DNA from: Acutalibacteraceae bacterium | Lineage (GTDB): Bacteria; Bacillota; Clostridia; Oscillospirales; Acutalibacteraceae | Assembly: GCA_045641485.1 (NCBI GenBank) | Contig: JAZUHA010000308.1 | Coordinates: 1-38,834, forward strand | Length of the DNA: 38,834 nucleotides | Direction: 5' to 3' | In this document: positions 19,313-27,053 of the stretch, one piece after another | How positions within the stretch are numbered: position 1 is the stretch's first letter | Layout of the letters: every line of letters begins with the position of its first letter | Translations under genes and position numbers: made by a program | The notes under the pieces: model-generated | Databases searched by the model: none | The model's input: only the letters and a program-made list of their open reading frames with translations | Told to the model about the DNA's origin: nothing

Positions 19313-20614
19313 TCACTTTACGATGTCAAAAACAAGTTTCTTTTCTTCAGGTTTTTCATCTGAAAATGTTATTGCGGATAAATATTTTTCACATGAGTTT
19401 TTAAAAAGTTCTTTATTATTTGCATAAAGCACCGAAAGAACTTCTCCTTTTTTCACGAAATCGCCCGTCTTTTTATTTATATAAAGACCTGCCGACATAT
19501 CAATGATATCCGTCTTTTTTTCTCTGCCGGCGCCGAGCATAACGGAAGAAATGCCTATGCTTTCGGTATCCATTGAAAAAATGTAACCGTCACGAGGAGA
19601 AGTTACCTCGTAAGTAAACTCCGCTTTCGGGAACAGGTCGGGGTTTTCTATCTGCGAAACATCACCGCCCTGGTAAGAAATCCACTCTTTAAACTTATTA
19701 AATGCTTTACCGCTTAAAAGTGCTTCTCGGCACAAATCGGCGGCTTCATCTTTATTTATGTTTTTTGAAAGAGAAACAATCTCACAAGCGAGTGAAACAC
19801 ATACATCACGCAGGTCTTCGGGACCTTTGCCTTTTAAAACATCTATCGCTTCCCTGACTTCAAGCGAATTGCCCACAAAATTCCCGAGAGGTGTTTCCAT
19901 ATCTGTAATAAGAGCCGCCGTATTTCTGCCGCAGTTTTTACCTATTTGCACCATTTCCGAAGCAAGTATTTTTGCTTCTTCGGGCGTTTTCATAAATGCA
20001 CCGGAGCCGTATTTTACATCAAGCACTATGGTTTTTGCACCTGCGGCTATTTTTTTGCTCATAACGGACGATGCTATGAGCGGAATACTGTCAACGGTTG
20101 CGGTAACATCTCTTAATGCGTACAGTTTTTTGTCCGCCGGGGTAAGATTGCCCGTCTGACCTATAACCGCAATGCCGATTTCTTTCGCCTGATTTATAAA
20201 TTCTTCTGCCGAAAGTTCTGTTTTATATCCCTTTATACTTTCAAGTTTATCTACCGTTCCGCCCGTATGTCCCAATCCTCTGCCGGACATTTTTGCTATA
20301 ACACAGCCGAGAGAAGCGACTATCGGCGCCACTATAAGCGTGGTTTTATCGCCCACGCCGCCGGTTGAATGTTTATCAACAGTCAGCCCGTCAAAGCACG
20401 ACAAATCCACCTTGTCACCCGAATCCGCCATGGCGTTTGTAAGGTCGGCAGTTTCTTTTTCGCTCATTCCCTTATAAAACACCGCCATACAAAAAGCCGA
20501 AGCCTGATAATCGGGTATAGAGCCGTCTGTATATCCCTTTATGAAAAACCGAATTTCTTCTTTTGTAAGTTCTTCGCCGTCTCTTTTCTTTTTTATAATA
20601 TCGTACATTCTCAT
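19313..20614 (-). CDS. pdp: pyrimidine-nucleoside (thymidine) phosphorylase
   Basis: 433-aa ORF; DKHSTGGVGDK and SGRGLGHTGGTVDKLES motifs. Confidence 0.93.
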   Translation of the reverse strand: MRMYDIIKKKRDGEELTKEEIRFFIKGYTDGSIPDYQASAFCMAVFYKGMSEKETADLTNAMADSGDKVDLSCFDGLTVDKHSTGGVGDKTTLIVAPIVASLGCVIAKMSGRGLGHTGGTVDKLESIKGYKTELSAEEFINQAKEIGIAVIGQTGNLTPADKKLYALRDVTATVDSIPLIASSVMSKKIAAGAKTIVLDVKYGSGAFMKTPEEAKILASEMVQIGKNCGRNTAALITDMETPLGNFVGNSLEVREAIDVLKGKGPEDLRDVCVSLACEIVSLSKNINKDEAADLCREALLSGKAFNKFKEWISYQGGDVSQIENPDLFPKAEFTYEVTSPRDGYIFSMDTESIGISSVMLGAGREKKTDIIDMSAGLYINKKTGDFVKKGEVLSVLYANNKELFKNSCEKYLSAITFSDEKPEEKKLVFDIVK

Positions 20615-20624
20615 AATATCACCG

Positions 20625-21029
20625 TCATTTCAAGTTATCCGGAGAAAAAGACTCCGGCAATAGTTCTTTTAATGTATATTTATTATATCCGTCTTTTTTC
20701 AAACATAAAATTTCAAAATCATCACGGCAGAATTCACGCATAACCTGCCTGCAAACTCCGCAGGGAGCGGCACCCGTTGTAATTTCGCCGTTTTTGCCGC
20801 CGGCAACGGCAATTTTCAAAAATTTTCTTTCGCCGTCGCTTACAGCCTTAAAAAATGCCGTTCTTTCGGCACATACCGTCGGACTGAAAGAAGCGTTTTC
20901 TATATTACAGCCCGTATATACTTTACCGTCTTCCGTCAGAAGTGCCGCACCCACAAAAAATCCCGAATACGGCGCATAGGCTTTTTTCATACTTTCTTTT
21001 GCCGAAATAAGAAGTTCTTCGTCTGTCAT
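20625..21029 (-). CDS. cdd: cytidine deaminase
   Basis: 134-aa ORF; CAER and PCGVCRQ zinc-binding motifs. Confidence 0.93.
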   Translation of the reverse strand: MTDEELLISAKESMKKAYAPYSGFFVGAALLTEDGKVYTGCNIENASFSPTVCAERTAFFKAVSDGERKFLKIAVAGGKNGEITTGAAPCGVCRQVMREFCRDDFEILCLKKDGYNKYTLKELLPESFSPDNLK

Positions 21030-21038
21030 AATCTACTC

Positions 21039-22799
21039 CTACATACTGTACATTTCATACATTTTCGCATATATTCCGTTCTTTTTCATAAGTTCGCTGT
21101 GGGAACCGCTTTCTTCTATGCCCTTATCGGTAACAACAAGGATTTTGTCGGCATTTTTTATCGTTGTAAGTCTGTGAGCTACGGTAAGAGTCGTTCTGCC
21201 TTTTGCAAGACTTTCAAGCGATTTCTGAACAATATGCTCACTTTCATTATCAAGTGCACTTGTGGCTTCGTCAAGAATAAGAATTTTCGGATTTTTGAGG
21301 AATACCCTTGCTATACTTATTCTCTGCTTCTGTCCGCCGGAGAGTTTTATCCGCCGTTCACCCACATAGGTGTCGTACCCGTCGGGGAGTGTTTCTATAA
21401 ATTCATCGGCGCCGGCAAGTACTGCGGCTTTTTTTATTTCTTCGTCCGTTGCACCGGGTTTGCCGTATAAGATATTTTCCTTAACGGTACCTGCAAAAAG
21501 ATAAACATCCTGCTGTACTATACCTATATTCTGCCTTAATGATTTTAATGTAACCGACTTTATATCCGTTCCGTCAATTAAAATCTGACCGCCGCTTACT
21601 TCATAAAAACGGGGAATAAGACTGCACAAAGTGGTTTTACCGCCGCCGGAAGGACCTGCAAGGGCGATATTTTCACCTTTTTTAATATGTAAATCAACAT
21701 TTTTTAAAACATCTCTGTGCTTTTCGTCATACGAAAACGAGACATTTTTAAAATCTATAACGCCGTCTGTAACATTAAGTTCTGTCGCATTTTCACAGTC
21801 TTTAATATCCGGCTCAATATCCATAATCTCCGAAAAACGCTCTATTCCCGTCATACCCCTCTGGAACTGCTCGGCAAACTCGACAATCCTTTTTATAGCA
21901 GTTAAAAGAACGGAAACATACATAAGATATGCCACATAATCTGCGGCGGTGATTTTTTTGCCTATTATGAAAAATGCACCGGCAACTACAACCACGATAT
22001 ACATAATACCCTCAAACACACGGTTAAGCGAATGGAAAGAGCCCATATATTTATACATATGAGTTTTTATATCAAGATACTGTTCGTTACCTTTTTTAAA
22101 CTTTTCTTCCTCTGTTTTTTCATTTGCAAATGATTTTACAACACGGATTCCGAGAAGTGAATCTTCCGTCTGACTGTTAAGTTCGCCTATAATTACTCTC
22201 GATTCCCTCATAGCCGTGCGGAATTTGTGGTTATATACCGAAAGAATGACTATCATAAACGGCAAAACCGCAAACATTATAAGAGTAAGCGGAACATTCA
22301 TAAACGAAAGGATTATGAATGCGCCGATAATTTTTACACCGGCTATAAAAAACTCCTCCGGGCAGTGGTGGGCAAACTCCGTAACCTCAAACAAATCACT
22401 TGTTATACGGCTCATAAGCGTTCCGACTTTTGTATCGTCAAAAAAAGAAAACGGCAATTCCTGGAGATGTGCAAAAAGATCTCGCCGCATATCCGTTTCT
22501 ATTTCAGTACCCATAATATGACCTATCGACGCCATAAAATAGTTTGCAACGGCATCAATTACACGAAGGAAAATATATACAATACCCACGGTAATAATGA
22601 GTTTCGGAGTTAAAGAAGAAATATCCTCCGCCGCTTTATCTGTAATTGTTCTTACCATAATCGGCAGAACAAGTTCACATACCGTTGTAAGAGCCGCACA
22701 AAAAAGATCTATGCCCATAGTGCCCAAATGGCGTTTATAATAAGGAACAAACCTTTTAATTAAACTTGTTGATGAATTTTTTCGTTTACTTTCCGCCAT
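21039..22799 (-). CDS. ABC exporter, fused permease and ATP-binding protein
   Basis: 586-aa ORF; six-TM N-domain, Walker A GPSGGGKTT, signature LSGGQKQR, Walker B ILILDEATS. Confidence 0.92.
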   Translation of the reverse strand: MAESKRKNSSTSLIKRFVPYYKRHLGTMGIDLFCAALTTVCELVLPIMVRTITDKAAEDISSLTPKLIITVGIVYIFLRVIDAVANYFMASIGHIMGTEIETDMRRDLFAHLQELPFSFFDDTKVGTLMSRITSDLFEVTEFAHHCPEEFFIAGVKIIGAFIILSFMNVPLTLIMFAVLPFMIVILSVYNHKFRTAMRESRVIIGELNSQTEDSLLGIRVVKSFANEKTEEEKFKKGNEQYLDIKTHMYKYMGSFHSLNRVFEGIMYIVVVVAGAFFIIGKKITAADYVAYLMYVSVLLTAIKRIVEFAEQFQRGMTGIERFSEIMDIEPDIKDCENATELNVTDGVIDFKNVSFSYDEKHRDVLKNVDLHIKKGENIALAGPSGGGKTTLCSLIPRFYEVSGGQILIDGTDIKSVTLKSLRQNIGIVQQDVYLFAGTVKENILYGKPGATDEEIKKAAVLAGADEFIETLPDGYDTYVGERRIKLSGGQKQRISIARVFLKNPKILILDEATSALDNESEHIVQKSLESLAKGRTTLTVAHRLTTIKNADKILVVTDKGIEESGSHSELMKKNGIYAKMYEMYSM

Positions 22800-22821
22800 A
22801 TTTTACCACCTCTTGAGTGAT

Positions 22822-22850
22822 ATTATAATATCCCGCACGAAAAATATCAA
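22822..22850 (-). promoter_or_regulatory. sigma-70-type promoter of the ABC exporter
   Basis: Minus strand TTGATA-17 nt-TATAAT. Its spacer (TTTTTCGTGCGGGATAT) recurs almost exactly at 27000-27027. Confidence 0.5.
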
Positions 22851-22982
22851 CTTATTTTTACAGAGTGTTTAACTTTCGGGTTTTATTCCTTAATTAAATC
22901 GGCGAAGCCCTGAAACTCCACTCTGAAAAAAGGTAAATATCGGAATACAAACTAAACGCTCAATGCTAAATGCTAAGTTTCA

Positions 22983-23027
22983 ATTATTATCTGTTATCTT
23001 TTATCTATTATGTTTTATCTATATTAT
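22983..23027. repeat. tandem heptamer tract (N-TTATCT units), copy 1
   Basis: attatct gttatct tttatct attatgt tttatct. A related tract lies at 23464-23498. Confidence 0.6.
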
Positions 23028-23029
23028 TT

Positions 23030-23088
23030 GTCCATCTTCCACCACCGCCAAGGCGGCGGTCCCCCTCCTTAACTAAGAGGGAAAATCG
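23030..23088 (+). repeat. double-hairpin repeat unit, copy 1
   Basis: GTCCATCTTCCACC-[hairpin CCGCC/GGCGG]-GGTCCCCCTCC-[hairpin]-GAAAATCG. Confidence 0.75.
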
Positions 23089-23140
23089 TGCGATAAGTTT
23101 TTTCGTTCATTTTCTGTTTGTTTTTTCTTTTCAGCCTTTA

Positions 23141-23202
23141 GTCCATCTTCCACCAAAACGCAAAGCGTTTCGGTCCCCCTCCTTAATTAAGGAGGAAAAT
23201 CG
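23141..23202 (+). repeat. double-hairpin repeat unit, copy 2
   Basis: GTCCATCTTCCACC-[hairpin AAACGC/GCGTTT]-GGTCCCCCTCC-[CCTCCTTAATTAAGGAGG]-AAAATCG. Confidence 0.75.
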
Positions 23203-23260
23203 TACATTTTGTTTTTTCTTTCATTTCGGCTTTGTGAGGATAAAAAAGTATTTGTCATAA

Positions 23261-23316
23261 CTTTCCTCCCTAAGTAGGGAGGGGGACCGTGACGACTGTC
23301 ACGGTGGAGGATGGAC
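23261..23316 (-). repeat. double-hairpin repeat unit, copy 3 (inverted)
   Basis: Reverse complement reads GTCCATCCTCCACC-[hairpin GTGAC/GTCAC]-GGTCCCCCTCCC-[hairpin]-GGAAAG. Confidence 0.75.
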
Positions 23317-23463
23317 TTTAATAAAAAATCAACCGATTTACCGTTCTGTGAAAAATCAGAATAATAAACCGGTTTTTGTTTAATTGTATTAAAAATGTAA
23401 ATATCGGAGAATGAACTGACGATTATTCATAGAGTAATATATAACCCCGGCGAAGCCCCGAAA

Positions 23464-23498
23464 TTATTATTTCTTATCTTTTATCTCTTATCTATATT
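23464..23498. repeat. tandem heptamer tract, copy 2
   Basis: attattt cttatct tttatct cttatct atatt, preceded by the GGCGAAGCCCCGAAA module also seen at 22900-22916. Confidence 0.6.
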
Positions 23499-23501
23499 GC
23501 A

Positions 23502-25691
23502 TCACGCAAGCGCCTTATTTACTACATTCTGATAAGATGTAATATCGACTTCCTCGGAGTAACAGCCGTTTGCGGCACAAATCTGTTCATTTGAAAGTGT
23601 TTGCATATTATTTGCTGCTTTTTCGGTAAGTGAGGCATCAATAACATCACAAACGCTGTCGCCGTCAAGGTCGCCGGTTACTATTACCTTGTAGTCGCCG
23701 GTGTAAACATTATTTTCAAATACCGTAACGGTTGAGCCGGTGCCGAAACGCTCTGTTTTGCCGCTTGTTAAACTTGCCTGCGGTACCGCAACCGTAGTTG
23801 ACGACACATTTATTAAAAGCTCGACTGCCGTTATATTTCTTGCTCCCGTGAAAATAAGCTTATTTTCGTAATCTATAGTTGAATTGCTTTTAGGAAGAAT
23901 ATTGACAAGAACATAATTTATTTTGTTCTTTAAACAAAAACTTTGTGCATAACTCTCTTTATAGCAGTATACATTAAGATTTTTGTTACAACCGGTAAAT
24001 GTATATTTGGAAATACTTGTCACACTGCCCGGTATTGCAATGCTTATTAAATTCCTGCAGCCGTAAAATGCTCCGTATCCTATTGTTGTTACACTATCGG
24101 GAATTGAAACACTCATTAAGCTTATACAACCGTCAAATGCTCCGCCGTCGATTATTTCCACACTGCCGGGTATCATAACACTTGTCAAACCGGTGCAATC
24201 CGCAAATGTGCCCGCATTGATAATTGTAATACTTTCAGGAAGTTTTACACTTTTTAAATTTACACAATGTTCAAATGCTTCCGAACCGATATTTTTTACA
24301 CCATTTGGTATTTCTGCACCTGACAAACTACTGCAACAATAAAAAGCCATAACGCCGACATCTGTCACACTGTTCGGGATTGCTGCCTTTTTTAAGTTTA
24401 TACATTCCGAAAATGCTTCATCACCTATAATCGTTACACTGTCGGGGATTGTTACTCCCGTCAAACCTGCACAACCGCAAAATTGATAATTTCCTATACT
24501 GTTCACACCGTCCGGAATAACCAAATCCGTTATTTCGTTTTTACCTGAAAATAAATGCTTCGCATAATTAAGAGGATTAGACCATCTGTCGCCGAAAGAA
24601 ATCTTGCACCAAGATTTTATATCTGAAATATGAACACTTGTCAGATTATCACAGCCGTTAAATGCACCTCCGCCGACAGCTTTTATACTATCCGGAATTG
24701 TAATATTTGTTAAACCGATACAACCCGAAAACGCTCCATTACCTATACTCGCTATACCATCAGGTATAACGGTATTTTTACAACCGAAAATAAGTTTATC
24801 GCTTTCGGTATCTATAATTGCATTACAGTTGTTTCTGCTGTCATAATAAGGATTTTCAGAAGAAACAGTTATACTTTCAACGCCGTTACAGCCGGAAAAC
24901 GCTTCGTTGTGGATATAGGTTACGCTACTCGGAATAATAATATCCGTAAGACCTGTACAGCATAAAAACGCACAACAGCCAATACCCGTTATGCCTTTGG
25001 GGATTGTTATATCGGTTATACTTTTACAATCACCGAATGCCCAACCGCCTATACTTACAACACTGTTCGGTATAACAGTATTTTTACAGCCGTAAATAAG
25101 TGTGTTTGTTTCGGTTTCAATAATTGCATTGCAGTCGTTTCTGCTGTCATAATGTGAATTACCGGAAGATATTGTTATGCTTTCGAGACTGTCACAAAAA
25201 TAAAACATATCGTATGTGATATTTGTAACACCGATTCCGATTTTTACACTTTCCAAAGAAGTACAACCGTTAAATGCAGAACTCCCGATTTTTGTCACAC
25301 TGTCCGGAATATTGATATTTACAAGACTTGTGCAATTATAGAAAGCCAAATCACCAATGTCCGTTACGCTGTTCGGTATTTCCGCTTCTGTTATTTTTCC
25401 GCAATTTTCAAATGCATAGTTACCAATGCTTGTAACCGGAAAGCCATCTATATTCTCGGGAATAACCAATTTACCGGTTTTTGATGTATCACAATAGGTA
25501 ATTGTAACTTTACCGTTTGAAATTTCACAAGTCATTCCGTCGTAGTTTGCCGCACTTGCTTCTGTTGCAAATAACGGCGATAACTCAAGTTCAGACCCGT
25601 GCCAAACTGTTTTAACGAAGCTGCAAAGCGGTGCAGAGGACAAGAGCATTAAAGCCGATAAAACCACCGTCAATATCTTTTTTATTTTCAT
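23502..25691 (-). CDS. BspA-type leucine-rich-repeat surface protein with dockerin-like C-terminus
   Basis: Start moved to MKIKKIL (GGAGG SD, signal peptide). Many IP.SVT.IG..AF..C..L units; two repeated YDSRN.CNAII modules. C-terminal GDLDGDSVCDVID calcium-loop-like motif. Confidence 0.8.
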   Translation of the reverse strand: MKIKKILTVVLSALMLLSSAPLCSFVKTVWHGSELELSPLFATEASAANYDGMTCEISNGKVTITYCDTSKTGKLVIPENIDGFPVTSIGNYAFENCGKITEAEIPNSVTDIGDLAFYNCTSLVNINIPDSVTKIGSSAFNGCTSLESVKIGIGVTNITYDMFYFCDSLESITISSGNSHYDSRNDCNAIIETETNTLIYGCKNTVIPNSVVSIGGWAFGDCKSITDITIPKGITGIGCCAFLCCTGLTDIIIPSSVTYIHNEAFSGCNGVESITVSSENPYYDSRNNCNAIIDTESDKLIFGCKNTVIPDGIASIGNGAFSGCIGLTNITIPDSIKAVGGGAFNGCDNLTSVHISDIKSWCKISFGDRWSNPLNYAKHLFSGKNEITDLVIPDGVNSIGNYQFCGCAGLTGVTIPDSVTIIGDEAFSECINLKKAAIPNSVTDVGVMAFYCCSSLSGAEIPNGVKNIGSEAFEHCVNLKSVKLPESITIINAGTFADCTGLTSVMIPGSVEIIDGGAFDGCISLMSVSIPDSVTTIGYGAFYGCRNLISIAIPGSVTSISKYTFTGCNKNLNVYCYKESYAQSFCLKNKINYVLVNILPKSNSTIDYENKLIFTGARNITAVELLINVSSTTVAVPQASLTSGKTERFGTGSTVTVFENNVYTGDYKVIVTGDLDGDSVCDVIDASLTEKAANNMQTLSNEQICAANGCYSEEVDITSYQNVVNKALA

Positions 25692-25704
25692 TTTAATACC
25701 TCCA

Positions 25705-25858
25705 AAAAACAAAAAAATGCGTCCCGAAAACGAGACGCCAAAAAATGCAATCTCATTTGCTGCGACACAAATTATCTCAACCGAATAAATGGCTAATAGA
25801 GATGCACTTTTATCAAAGTGTTCTCTTCGGTTGAGTAAATATTCAATTTGTGTCGCAG
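25705..25858 (-). promoter_or_regulatory. structured 5' leader: ~100-nt rod-like hairpin plus intrinsic terminator (attenuator or riboswitch-like)
   Basis: 14-bp helix (25845-25858 / 25760-25773), nested 10-bp helix CTCAACCGAA/TTCGGTTGAG and an apical hairpin. Asymmetric internal loops of 9 and 13 nt. Then GCGTCTCG-TTTT-CGGGACGC plus a U-run (25705-25738) just before the SD. Confidence 0.5.
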
Positions 25859-25862
25859 GCAT

Positions 25863-25891
25863 ATTTTACTACATCTTAACTAGTTTTTCAA
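25863..25891 (-). promoter_or_regulatory. promoter of the LRR protein gene
   Basis: Minus strand TTGAAA-17 nt-TAAAAT, placing the transcription start at the base of the leader helix. Confidence 0.5.
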
Positions 25892-25961
25892 TAGATAGCG
25901 GGAATTTGTTTTATAATTTACTTTCACAAAAATTATTGAATACAGAAAAATGCAAAAAATA

Positions 25962-26002
25962 AACACTTTCCGAAACCGCAAGGCAACGGAAAGTGTTTTT
26001 TG
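25962..26002. terminator. repeated hairpin terminator, copy A (bidirectional)
   Basis: AACACTTTCCG-loop AAACCGCAAGGCAA-CGGAAAGTGTT, A-run before and T-run after. Confidence 0.7.
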
Positions 26003-26036
26003 TTCAACCGAAATTCGGCAAATATTTACCGGTTGA

Positions 26037-26065
26037 TTGACACATAATATAATTATGTGTATAAT
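26037..26065 (+). promoter_or_regulatory. consensus promoter with palindromic operator for the RelE-type TA operon
   Basis: TTGACA-17 nt-TATAAT; the spacer is the palindrome CACATAATATAATTATGTG. Confidence 0.65.
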
Positions 26066-26089
26066 GAAAAACGAAAGGAGCGAAGCAGG

Positions 26090-26299
26090 ATGAGCAACAA
26101 AGAAAAGGTTTTACAGCTTCTCGAATATATGCCCGATTATAAAATCGGCTATCTTCTGGCATATCTTCAGGGTCTTCTTGCAGATGAAAGTGCCGATGAC
26201 GATTTTTGCGTTTCACTCGTTGATAACTATAACAACAGTTCGGAAAAAGGGGAGTTTGTTTCACTTGATGAAGCAATAAGACTTTGTAATGAGCAATAA
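26090..26299 (+). CDS. putative antitoxin of the RelE/ParE-type pair
   Basis: 69 aa from the ATG with AGGAG SD (the track's GTG start lies inside the promoter). Acidic; overlaps the toxin gene by 11 nt. Confidence 0.55.
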   Translation: MSNKEKVLQLLEYMPDYKIGYLLAYLQGLLADESADDDFCVSLVDNYNNSSEKGEFVSLDEAIRLCNEQ

Positions 26300-26543
26300 A
26301 TACGAAATAAAGATTGATAAGCGTGCTGTAAAATTTCTGCAAAAGCAACCGAAAAACCAGCAAAATCGAATATTTGAAGCAATTTCAAAGTTACCTGTAT
26401 CCGGTGACATAAAGCCGTTACAACAACGGCACGGTTACTACAGATTGCGTGTAGGCGATTACCGAATCATTTATACGGTTGATAATGATATATTGGTAGT
26501 CTTTGTAATTGAAATAGGAAACAGAGGAGATATTTATAAATAG
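26289..26543 (+). CDS. relE: type II toxin, RelE/ParE (StbE-like) family
   Basis: 84-aa ORF; pattern YRLRVGDYRIIY ... D ... V ... IGNRGDIY typical of RelE/StbE toxins. Confidence 0.8.
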   Translation: MSNKYEIKIDKRAVKFLQKQPKNQQNRIFEAISKLPVSGDIKPLQQRHGYYRLRVGDYRIIYTVDNDILVVFVIEIGNRGDIYK

Positions 26544-26589
26544 TTCTTTGTTCCTATTACGATTATAAGTATAACAGAACATAAAAATG

Positions 26590-26628
26590 ACACTTTCCGA
26601 AACCGCAAGGCAACGGAAAGTATTTTTT
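26590..26628. terminator. repeated hairpin terminator, copy B
   Basis: ACTTTCCG-AAACCGCAAGGCAA-CGGAAAGT plus T6; same 45-nt block as copies A and C. Confidence 0.7.
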
Positions 26629-26805
26629 GTTTATATTTTTTGATTTTACCGACTTCGGGAAAACCGATGATTTATTCTGTTTTTACTGTTTTGAACCCAA
26701 TTCAAATTTATTTGATATTATTAAAAAATAATGTATATAAATTATCAGTTACGCGCCATTTGCGGACTGTATTGTTACAATAAGCAAATTCTGTTAAATA
26801 TTTCA

Positions 26806-26976
26806 TTATGCAACCCCGTATTTCGCCTTAATTTCATTTATACACTGTTCTGTTGTTATTTCGTTATTTAAAAATTTTTCGGCAAGTTTAATACAAGTAT
26901 CACTCACCTGAAGACCTTCTACTTCAAATGAATGCGAAACATCTTTGATTATTTTCTTTATTTGTTTTTCGCTCAT
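26806..26976 (-). CDS. VbhA-like (Fic-inhibitory) antitoxin domain micro-protein, orphan
   Basis: 56-aa ORF below the track threshold: MSEKQIKKIIKDVSHSFEVEGLQVSDTCIKLAEKFLNNEITTEQCINEIKAKYGVA. GGGAG SD. Contains the [S/T]xxxE[G/N] motif as SFEVEG. Confidence 0.5.
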   Translation of the reverse strand: MSEKQIKKIIKDVSHSFEVEGLQVSDTCIKLAEKFLNNEITTEQCINEIKAKYGVA

Positions 26977-26999
26977 AATACAGCTCCCATTACCATTAT

Positions 27000-27027
27000 A
27001 TTATATATCCCACACGAAAAATATCAA
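27000..27027 (-). promoter_or_regulatory. promoter of the VbhA-like gene, near-duplicate of the ABC exporter promoter
   Basis: Minus strand TTGATA-16 nt-TATAAT. The spacer TTTTTCGTGTGGGATA matches 22822-22850 with one substitution. Confidence 0.45.
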
Positions 27028-27053
27028 TATTTTTTACTTTTTCGCTTGATAAA

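Noticed and set aside
22970-23260. 96-aa + strand ORF across the double-hairpin repeats
   Set aside because: Its internal protein repeat simply mirrors the DNA repeats. It has no SD, contains T-rich low-complexity segments and runs through hairpins, so it is non-coding.
23030-23316. Small CRISPR array
   Set aside because: There are only two direct copies plus one inverted copy. The units are internally variable, there is no regular repeat-spacer periodicity, and there are no cas genes.
25760-25858. Invertible phase-variation switch upstream of the LRR gene, like the C. difficile cwpV switch
   Set aside because: The 14-bp inverted repeats are not isolated. The whole segment is a nested imperfect palindrome, so inversion would give nearly the same sequence. 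No recombinase is nearby, and a hairpin leader or MITE fits better.
25705-25858. T-box or c-di-GMP riboswitch identity for the LRR leader
   Set aside because: It lacks the T-box GGUGGUACCGCG-type block and the GEMM-I/II conserved blocks (GGCAAA, ACGCAAAGC, ACGCAC). The class is left open.
26004-26363. 119-aa minus-strand ORF, and likewise 27616-27930
   Set aside because: They run antisense through promoters, operators, terminator hairpins and the TA genes. They have no SD and no family resemblance.
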